Made by a program: the position numbers and the translations under genes. Source: an uncultured Actinomycetes bacterium (GTDB taxonomy: Bacteria; SZUA-79; Acidulodesulfobacterales; Acidulodesulfobacteraceae). From it: DNA of 64,000 nt. Positions 51,708-61,300 of the stretch are shown here, piece after piece. The DNA is taken from NCBI GenBank assembly GCA_964631685.1, contig CAZVZU010000001.1, forward strand, positions 246,366 through 310,365, given 5' to 3'. Under the pieces are notes generated by a model that saw only the letters and a program-made list of their open reading frames with translations, was not told the DNA's origin and ran no database searches. Positions within the stretch are counted from its first letter, which is position 1, and each line of letters starts with the position of its first letter.

Positions 51708-52354
51708 AAATCACCCCCATCTTCAAGTTTCTTTATGGCTCTACCATTAAAATTCTGCTTGTTCTTTATTAAAAGAACATCCACCTTTCCTAAACCCCTT
51801 GTGCGCTTAGTGCCAATTCTGCGTATATTCTGGCATATCAGGGCAAGTTCGATTTCATAAGCTTCGGGACATTCTACTTCTGCTATAAAAACATCACCAT
51901 TGTTACTCTTAGCAATCACCCGCTCCGTTCGCAAGGAATGTTTTTTTGCAAATCCTTTTTCGCCATCAATAGCGGTTGAATATCTTAATGCCGTCAGCTG
52001 TTCGGTAATATTTTGTTTATTTACGATATATTGCTCATTGTTTATTAAATATTTGAGCCATAATCTAGAATTCTCATATTCTTTCATATAGAAGTTGGCA
52101 AGATGAAGCATCCCCTCTTTTGCCCCTTTAGCCCCAAATATCTCATCAATATCAATCCGTTTTTTATAAACCTTAAGCATTTCATTAAGTTCTTCAGCCG
52201 ATTCACGCATAATACCCTTTATTCGTTTTGATGGAATATAGGGCAACCCGACATCGTCAAGAACGACGTCGCAATCCACAATCGCACCATATCCTTCCCC
52301 TATCCCGATAAGCACATCTGATTTAAGATCTATTGTTATCTGATAACTATCCAC
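51704..52354 (-). CDS. cas7: Cas7 (Csm3-group) RAMP
   Basis: GLPYIPSKRIKG, TAID, SLRTER, IGTKRTRGLG. Confidence 0.9.
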   Translation of the reverse strand: MDSYQITIDLKSDVLIGIGEGYGAIVDCDVVLDDVGLPYIPSKRIKGIMRESAEELNEMLKVYKKRIDIDEIFGAKGAKEGMLHLANFYMKEYENSRLWLKYLINNEQYIVNKQNITEQLTALRYSTAIDGEKGFAKKHSLRTERVIAKSNNGDVFIAEVECPEAYEIELALICQNIRRIGTKRTRGLGKVDVLLIKNKQNFNGRAIKKLEDGGDL

Positions 52355-52365
52355 AGGTAATCTCC

Positions 52366-53820
52366 TTATAAAAGTATTTCAGGATAAAAATATATTAGTT
52401 CGATAATATCAATATAGGGAGTCTCGCTATCGAGAAATCCCTTACTCTGATAGTATTCTTGAGAGCAACTAAATGAAGGTATTTTTTTACCTCTGTAACC
52501 TAATTCTCTGATAAATTCTATCGTCGGTATTTCTCCTTTATATAAGACATCTCTCAGGCTATTTATTTTTGATTGAGGCAATCTTGTCTCGTCCGAGTAA
52601 ACCATTTCATCGATACACTTTAATAAACGACGCATTTTTTTAATTGAATATGGCCTCATGTAAAGCGTTTTACCGTCAGCGCTTTTATAGTTTGCATCTC
52701 TGATTTCTTTCAAACTTCCGCCCAATCCGCCAAATGAAATATGAAAATCTATCAGTGAATCATTTGAATATTTTTTATCAGCTTTTCGTACTCTCTTGGC
52801 ATTGCTACACAGCGCCTCTGCCCTTTCATATGCCCTATAAAAAGGATATTTGGTTTTTACAATGGCAATGCCGGCGCATACGGTTAACTTGTTTTTCTTG
52901 CAGATTTCCTGATTTTCAAAAGCATCTATGAATTCCATTGTAAGATACAGGCCTAACCTTGCATCGCAGACAAATGTAATATCATCCCCTCCTATAAGTA
53001 TCGGACGTATAGGCAGATTTTTACCCGTAATTGAAATTGCTTCTTCTTTTTCCAATGCAGGTAATTTATCAGTTAACCTGCTTAATATTAGCCTAAAAGA
53101 TTCCCTTACCGCTTTTTTTAATTCTTCTGAAAATTCTTTTACATCCTTCTCGGCTTCTTTTTCGTTAAACTTCTCTCCGAGATCATTGCCGTCCATATGA
53201 ACGACTGCAATATGACTGTTTTCTTCTTTTGAACCGCCTAATTCATCTATATTATCGGTAAATCGATAACAACCTATATTGTTGCCGAACTCTTCTTGAA
53301 GCTGAGCATTAGATTCTTTTGAAGCCGCAATCTTTGTATAACTTACTGATGAAATATAGCTGTTGTCACTTTTGGGTGAATTATCCTCCAATATTTCAGC
53401 AGATAGTCCGCTCCTTGAACAATCCGCCGTTATTCCAAATGAGCTAAGCTCTGTCTGCGGCACAAACTTACTTTCTTGCATTTTCGCCCTTTTTATAAGC
53501 TTTTTGCGAGATGCACGGTAGGCCTTACCATTAAAATTATCCTCTACCACGATGACAGGCATGATACCCGGGGCTATCCGTAACAGCTCACGGCTCCAAT
53601 CTCTCATTTTACTTCTTGCTTTCTCCTGTGAATCAAAATATATAAGCGCGTTTCCCCCGCCAACGTAGCTACAATCTGATTCATCCTGCAACTTATCAAA
53701 AATGCATTTAATTATATGCGATGCTCCAATATTTTCCTTAAGCTTGTTTGATGCAAATATATATCTTTGTATTGCCATAAGTTCAATAAAAACTGCCGTT
53801 TTTGCCACATCTGCCTCCAC
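52366..53820 (-). CDS. cas10: Cas10, HD-less, with GGDD cyclase motif
   Basis: IQRYIF.SNKLKENIGAS, GGGN, VHMDGN, LIGGDD, AGIA, PFYRAY; 484 aa, no HD domain. Confidence 0.93.
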   Translation of the reverse strand: MEADVAKTAVFIELMAIQRYIFASNKLKENIGASHIIKCIFDKLQDESDCSYVGGGNALIYFDSQEKARSKMRDWSRELLRIAPGIMPVIVVEDNFNGKAYRASRKKLIKRAKMQESKFVPQTELSSFGITADCSRSGLSAEILEDNSPKSDNSYISSVSYTKIAASKESNAQLQEEFGNNIGCYRFTDNIDELGGSKEENSHIAVVHMDGNDLGEKFNEKEAEKDVKEFSEELKKAVRESFRLILSRLTDKLPALEKEEAISITGKNLPIRPILIGGDDITFVCDARLGLYLTMEFIDAFENQEICKKNKLTVCAGIAIVKTKYPFYRAYERAEALCSNAKRVRKADKKYSNDSLIDFHISFGGLGGSLKEIRDANYKSADGKTLYMRPYSIKKMRRLLKCIDEMVYSDETRLPQSKINSLRDVLYKGEIPTIEFIRELGYRGKKIPSFSCSQEYYQSKGFLDSETPYIDIIELIYFYPEILL

Positions 53821-53827
53821 TAATCAA

Positions 53828-55177
53828 TTAGTCAATAAAATCTTTTATTTTTTTTACCAGTCTATCCTCTTTCCAATCATCTTCGCCTAGAACAAGAATA
53901 TTTTCTTTTATTGTTCCCGTACTTAATACAAGTTCGGATTGAAGTCTCTTCACGGTTCCATTGTCTGCGCGCGTTATTAAAATAGCCTTTGCCTCTTCTC
54001 CGCCGATCTGTTTTGTTCTTAAAATAATCTCGAACCCTTTGGATTTGCATAGATGTTTTTTACCGTCAGTAGTACAACTGATACCTATAAGCTGGTAACC
54101 TTTCATCAAAACTATGTCGATCTCAAAGTTATTTTTTGCTATGATATCCGTTTTTTTATAGGGCTTCTGATTTAAGAGCATGCTATCAAATTTGTCTCCT
54201 AATTTGCTTTTAATCAGATTCGCAACATATGTCTCAAACCAAAGGCCATCCATATATTTAACAGCCATAATACAATCTTTCTTGTCTATGCGCATATTAA
54301 ACCCTCCGTTCGTATATAACCTATATTCCTTCGGAAAGGCTTTGATAATACGAAGAAATTCATCATTAGGTTCACATCTTAAGATTTTACGTAAAATTTC
54401 TATTCTTTTTTTAAAATTATCTTTTTCTTTTTCACCTTTTAAGTTGTCAAGCTTGCCTAGAATGAACCCTTTATCAATATCCTTATTCTGCGCAAGAAGC
54501 TTGCAATCTCGCAATATTTTAAATACTTTTTCTAATTCCTTATCCTTTAATTTAACAATATCTCTTTGAAAACAACCATCTTTTAGATAAAAATTAGATA
54601 TTATGTCTTCCTGGATAAGTTTCTGAAACTCATTGACAACATCATTAAAGCACATATGCTTATCGGCTTCTTCTTGTTCTTTTTCAAACAAGTGAAGCTT
54701 AAGCAGTTCATCAAATGTAATCTTAATTTCGTTCCTGAGATTATCGGATGCGGACCCATCATTAAATTTTATTTTAAAATCACGAGCAGAAAGGTAAGAT
54801 GCAGAAAAAGAACTTTTTACATTTAGCTTTAGATACGAATATGCATATACCCTCATAGCTTTTGTTCCGCAGGTAAAAAAAAGATGAACACCATTATTTG
54901 CATTCCTAATTTTTTCCAATCCTAATTCAATAGAGCTTTTAGAATCCACATCACTTACAATTATCAGCTCCGGAAATTCGTGTTTACTATCCTCTAAGAG
55001 TTCCTTGAGGACTTCAGCATATTCTTTTGTCGACTTTTGGTTGAGCACCCTTTCCGAACAGACCATCCAAATGTTCTCTAAGTTAGAATTATTTATAATA
55101 AAATACTTTGCAACAACATAATTAGGTAACGGATTTGTGCCAATTAACAAAACAAGATCCGTGAAATCTAAATCCAT
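53828..55177 (-). CDS. CARF + restriction-like nuclease effector (Card1/Can2-like)
   Basis: LLIGTNPLPN, TCGTKAM CARF motifs; GLWFE, FEIDIV...ISC PD-(D/E)xK-like domain. Confidence 0.82.
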   Translation of the reverse strand: MDLDFTDLVLLIGTNPLPNYVVAKYFIINNSNLENIWMVCSERVLNQKSTKEYAEVLKELLEDSKHEFPELIIVSDVDSKSSIELGLEKIRNANNGVHLFFTCGTKAMRVYAYSYLKLNVKSSFSASYLSARDFKIKFNDGSASDNLRNEIKITFDELLKLHLFEKEQEEADKHMCFNDVVNEFQKLIQEDIISNFYLKDGCFQRDIVKLKDKELEKVFKILRDCKLLAQNKDIDKGFILGKLDNLKGEKEKDNFKKRIEILRKILRCEPNDEFLRIIKAFPKEYRLYTNGGFNMRIDKKDCIMAVKYMDGLWFETYVANLIKSKLGDKFDSMLLNQKPYKKTDIIAKNNFEIDIVLMKGYQLIGISCTTDGKKHLCKSKGFEIILRTKQIGGEEAKAILITRADNGTVKRLQSELVLSTGTIKENILVLGEDDWKEDRLVKKIKDFID

Positions 55178-55258
55178 AAAAATATCTCCCAATACTACAA
55201 GGATTAATTTTACTTTTTTGCCATAAATAGCAACCTATGTAATTTTTATGTCTACTTG

Positions 55259-55286
55259 ACAGTAACACACATTTACCCATTGTCAA
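55259..55286 (-). promoter_or_regulatory. Putative promoter of the cas operon
   Basis: TTGACA-N16-TACTGT with TGn on the minus strand. Confidence 0.35.
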
Positions 55287-55398
55287 TACAATCTAATTAT
55301 ATTCTTCATTTGCGAAGAGATACACTCCTATTATCTATTCTGCATCCAATAAATGGATACAGTTTCAGGTGTTTCATAATTATATCTAGAAAATAATA

Positions 55399-58300
55399 AT
55401 AGGTAGAGTAAAAACACAAATATAAAATCTATAGCAGAAATTAATCCTGATAGTTGCAATTCCTTATAGGTAGAGTAAAAACAGTCGCAAAAAAAATAAA
55501 CTCCCGACTTAAAGCCGTCGTTTCAATTCCTTATAGGTAGAGTAAAAACATAATTCAGAACAGGAAATTTGTCCTTGCGATAAGCGGTTTCAATTCCTTA
55601 TAGGTAGAGTAAAAACTTCACTTTTACCCATTATTTTCCCTCCTTTGGAATATGTTTCAATTCCTTATAGGTAGAGTAAAAACCCAACCTGGGATTTTTC
55701 CCTTTGGAATCATAGATGCGTTTCAATTCCTTATAGGTAGAGTAAAAACCTTTTTAGGTCTTCCTTAAGCGCACAGAATGCCTCAGTTTCAATTCCTTAT
55801 AGGTAGAGTAAAAACGAAGATAGAATATTTTTCCCACGAAGGAGAGCCCATGTTTCAATTCCTTATAGGTAGAGTAAAAACTGCAAAATTTATTCGGATT
55901 AAATGCCGAGGATGATGAGTTTCAATTCCTTATAGGTAGAGTAAAAACCATTCGATTTTATTCTTTAAATTCCATATAAATGGAGTGTTTCAATTCCTTA
56001 TAGGTAGAGTAAAAACTATTCCCTCGGCCAGGGGGATCTTGACACAGCCCCCAAGTTTCAATTCCTTATAGGTAGAGTAAAAACAATAAGACTTACAATT
56101 TATTCTCTCTTCGTCAGACCTGTTTCAATTCCTTATAGGTAGAGTAAAAACGGGACGACTGGGCAGATACCGAACGAGCCTTTCTTGAGTTTCAATTCCT
56201 TATAGGTAGAGTAAAAACTGGTAGAATGTTTTTTGTTTGTTATAGCAGTAATTTTAGTTTCAATTCCTTATAGGTAGAGTAAAAACGGAGTTTTAATATA
56301 TGGTGTTCCATATTAGATAATTCGTTTCAATTCCTTATAGGTAGAGTAAAAACCAGATTTGCATTTACAGTCCAGGAAGATTTTTTTAGTTTCAATTCCT
56401 TATAGGTAGAGTAAAAACGCTTTGGCTAGAGTGAAGTTATACAAAGCCATGCAACGTTTCAATTCCTTATAGGTAGAGTAAAAACTAAGAATGACCCCTC
56501 CTGAAGAAATTGAAGAAGTCGAGTTTCAATTCCTTATAGGTAGAGTAAAAACGGTATAGGATGTAAATTAACGATTGCATCCTGTGCGAGTTTCAATTCC
56601 TTATAGGTAGAGTAAAAACAAAACACTACATTCTGACGTTGAGCGCTTCATACGCAGTTTCAATTCCTTATAGGTAGAGTAAAAACGTGGAAAAACGTAC
56701 AAGATGATCAATGATAACGATCATGGTTTCAATTCCTTATAGGTAGAGTAAAAACATTCATGCTATTTTAATTAACCGCCTGCTTTGAAGCGTTTCAATT
56801 CCTTATAGGTAGAGTAAAAACAACGTGCCTAAAACCCTACCAATTTTCTACATGGAACAGTTTCAATTCCTTATAGGTAGAGTAAAAACTGTTTTGATTA
56901 CCATTTTACCCTGCCTAAATTTTATGTTTCAATTCCTTATAGGTAGAGTAAAAACGGTTGTGTTATATAATTTAACCGCCTGCTCAGAACATGTTTCAAT
57001 TCCTTATAGGTAGAGTAAAAACAAAAATGACTATTTTTATATTGCTGTTGCGTCATTGAGTTTCAATTCCTTATAGGTAGAGTAAAAACAGAAAGGGCAT
57101 ATTATGCCGATGTTGTAGAACATTTGAGTTTCAATTCCTTATAGGTAGAGTAAAAACGAAGACTTTATCCCGTCAAACGAATTATCCGTTATGACGTTTC
57201 AATTCCTTATAGGTAGAGTAAAAACAATTAACCGAAGAAGCCAAAAGAATTCAGGAAAAGTGTTTCAATTCCTTATAGGTAGAGTAAAAACGAATTTAGG
57301 GAACATGAACCATTTAGACAGTATTTATGTTTCAATTCCTTATAGGTAGAGTAAAAACACAGGCAAATTAGTTATCTTATTATTTTCTATTTTTAAGTTT
57401 CAATTCCTTATAGGTAGAGTAAAAACGGATTTACAGGAGTCTGAAGGACTCCACTTACAAAAGTTTCAATTCCTTATAGGTAGAGTAAAAACTTGCTAAT
57501 AAATCTAATTCCACTCCTGAAAAAATACGTTTCAATTCCTTATAGGTAGAGTAAAAACGAAATAAATAGGGGTAGTTGGGAATTGCCAACTTATGTTTCA
57601 ATTCCTTATAGGTAGAGTAAAAACTTTCAACAAATTTAACACAACTCTATCTCCTTCACCAGTTTCAATTCCTTATAGGTAGAGTAAAAACGTATGAAAT
57701 TAACACCCATATTCGAAAATAATGCTAATAGTTTCAATTCCTTATAGGTAGAGTAAAAACGTCGATGAGTGTCATTTTATTTTAGATGAGCAACGTGGGT
57801 TTCAATTCCTTATAGGTAGAGTAAAAACTAAAAACATGTAACGCTGTCGACGCTAAAGTTAACCGTTTCAATTCCTTATAGGTAGAGTAAAAACACCATA
57901 TGGATTTAGATTTGTTACTTGTTGTTGATGGTTTCAATTCCTTATAGGTAGAGTAAAAACAACTATATACTCAACCAGATGTCTGGCAATATAATGAGTT
58001 TCAATTCCTTATAGGTAGAGTAAAAACGGTTTGTTTTCAGAACTTACATCAAATCCGTTAATTTTGTTTCAATTCCTTATAGGTAGAGTAAAAACTGTGA
58101 GACCAGTGTCAATATGGGTAGACTTAAACGGGTTTCAATTCCTTATAGGTAGAGTAAAAACTCATTGTATACCTCCTTTTTTCAACACCCTTAGGTGTTT
58201 CAATTCCTTATAGGTAGAGTAAAAACTGTGAGACCAGTGTCAATATGGGTAGACTTAAACGGGTTTCAATTCCTTATAGGTAGAGTAAAAACTCATTGTA

Positions 58301-61300
58301 TACCTCCTTTTTTCAACACCCTTAGGTGTTTCAATTCCTTATAGGTAGAGTAAAAACTGCTTGAAGACTTAATATCCGAGATGAATCGGATAGAGTTTCA
58401 ATTCCTTATAGGTAGAGTAAAAACTAACAAACTAGTAGGTTAAAAAGGAGGATAAAAAAAAGTTTCAATTCCTTATAGGTAGAGTAAAAACTTGGGACTT
58501 GATGTTCCACCTACAGTCAATGCCCCGGGTTTCAATTCCTTATAGGTAGAGTAAAAACATAGAATTTGTTCTTACCAAAAAGCATAGAGGATTAGTTTCA
58601 ATTCCTTATAGGTAGAGTAAAAACAACGGAAATTGCTAAATGATTGGGTTGAATTCTGCGAGTTTCAATTCCTTATAGGTAGAGTAAAAACGAAAGAAAA
58701 GCTTGATATTACGAAGTATGGTAATATTGTTTCAATTCCTTATAGGTAGAGTAAAAACATTGAGCAAGAAATGCAGAAGGGTAATATAGCACTGCGTGTT
58801 TCAATTCCTTATAGGTAGAGTAAAAACATGGGTATAGTAACTTCCCCTCTGGAGCGAATCCCCGTTTCAATTCCTTATAGGTAGAGTAAAAACGTCAAAT
58901 TGCGCTACCATATCTGATAAGTTATGATATGTTTCAATTCCTTATAGGTAGAGTAAAAACGATTTATTCCGCAGACATTATCAAAAAGATGTTTTGAGTT
59001 TCAATTCCTTATAGGTAGAGTAAAAACTAGGGTCATAAGGTCTCCTGCTGTCAAGATGACTCCCTCGTTTCAATTCCTTATAGGTAGAGTAAAAACGAAA
59101 AACATCGTGCCCCCAAACACCATTCTTAACTGGTGTTTCAATTCCTTATAGGTAGAGTAAAAACGGTCAAATTGCCCTACCCTATCTGATAAGTTATGAT
59201 ATGTTTCAATTCCTTATAGGTAGAGTAAAAACTGTGCTAGAGAGCGGATTAAATTCTGTTTATCAGACGTTTCAATTCCTTATAGGTAGAGTAAAAACAT
59301 GTGCTAGAAAGCGGACTAAATTCTGTTTATCAGACGTTTCAATTCCTTATAGGTAGAGTAAAAACACCCCTATTTAGTATGGGTAGCAGTCAAATTTCCT
59401 TCGTTTCAATTCCTTATAGGTAGAGTAAAAACTATTCTAATGATGAATATAATTATTTTACCGATATGAGTTTCAATTCCTTATAGGTAGAGTAAAAACG
59501 TAAAGGGTCATTTTGACCAATCTAATTATCTTGTTAGTTTCAATTCCTTATAGGTAGAGTAAAAACGTAAAAGGAAAATTAGCCAATAAATTTGTTACAC
59601 TTGTTTCAATTCCTTATAGGTAGAGTAAAAACACCTGAAGGACGTACGCCCCCCAAGTGCCAATCCTGCGTTTCAATTCCTTATAGGTAGAGTAAAAACA
59701 CTCAGATTGCTTTACCATATCTGATAAGTTATGATATGTTTCAATTCCTTATAGGTAGAGTAAAAACAAGGGGTATGATGATGAAGGCGAGCCCCTTTTT
59801 GGTTTGTTTCAATTCCTTATAGGTAGAGTAAAAACGAAAAAGTAGGAAAAGAATTAGAAATAAATGTTGTAAGTTTCAATTCCTTATAGGTAGAGTAAAA
59901 ACTGATAGTCTTAATATTTTTTATACCACCTATGCTAAGTTTCAATTCCTTATAGGTAGAGTAAAAACATTATTTTCCAAACATAACATTTAGTTTGGAA
60001 ATAAAGTTTCAATTCCTTATAGGTAGAGTAAAAACAGCTAGCATTAGGCGTGGCTGTTCTAGCCGGATAATATGTTTCAATTCCTTATAGGTAGAGTAAA
60101 AACGGTGTTTTAACAATATCAGCAGGTTAACAAAAAAAAAGTTTCAATTCCTTATAGGTAGAGTAAAAACGTGGGTGAAATTGGTAGCGGATTAGGCTTA
60201 GTGGGGAGGTTTCAATTCCTTATAGGTAGAGTAAAAACGAGGCTTACGACCCCACTATTTACGTAATAATTTCCAGTTTCAATTCCTTATAGGTAGAGTA
60301 AAAACGGGTCAGAATGAAAGAAGAAGAATTACTAAAAATATTGTTTCAATTCCTTATAGGTAGAGTAAAAACACAGAAATGTCGCATAAAATGCATATAA
60401 AAGAAACAGTTTCAATTCCTTATAGGTAGAGTAAAAACTTTTAGACCACGAAGAAATACGTCTAAAAAAGATTTGTTTCAATTCCTTATAGGTAGAGTAA
60501 AAACTCGGGATGGTAGGATGTACGAGGCTTGTATAAGATTGAGTTTCAATTCCTTATAGGTAGAGTAAAAACAAGAATGACCCCACCTGAAGAGGTCGAA
60601 GAGACCGAGTTTCAATTCCTTATAGGTAGAGTAAAAACCAGAAATAACCCCTCTCTGCCTGCGTCAACAATTTCCAGTTTCAATTCCTTATAGGTAGAGT
60701 AAAAACTAGATACAAAATATATAATGCGTACCATACTCGACGTTTCAATTCCTTATAGGTAGAGTAAAAACTCCGCTCTCTAGCACATCTAGTGGGGTTT
60801 GAGCTAAGTTTCAATTCCTTATAGGTAGAGTAAAAACAATTCAGGAAAAATTAGTAAAAAAATGGTTAATATGGTTTCAATTCCTTATAGGTAGAGTAAA
60901 AACTTATCGAAGCCAGAAAGGTACTGCTATTTTCCTTCCGTTTCAATTCCTTATAGGTAGAGTAAAAACTTCCCGGATTAGTTCCGGGGTAGAGTACGGA
61001 GAATTTGTTTCAATTCCTTATAGGTAGAGTAAAAACCGCTAATTTAACCGCCCAAACATCAGGGTGGGCACAAAGTTTCAATTCCTTATAGGTAGAGTAA
61101 AAACTCAGCTTGAAACAGCTGGCGGATTATCTTGACACGCGTTTCAATTCCTTATAGGTAGAGTAAAAACATGGAATGTTAGCACTAATATAAGATGCTT
61201 TTTCTATGTTTCAATTCCTTATAGGTAGAGTAAAAACATAAAGGTTTTAGTAGCCTGCCTCAAAACATTGAGGGTTTCAATTCCTTATAGGTAGAGTAAA

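Noticed and set aside
762..54569. Numerous short antisense ORFs in the ORF track (e.g. 762-1175, 48930-49481, 54180-54569)
   Set aside because: Shadows of well-supported genes on the opposite strand, with no motifs
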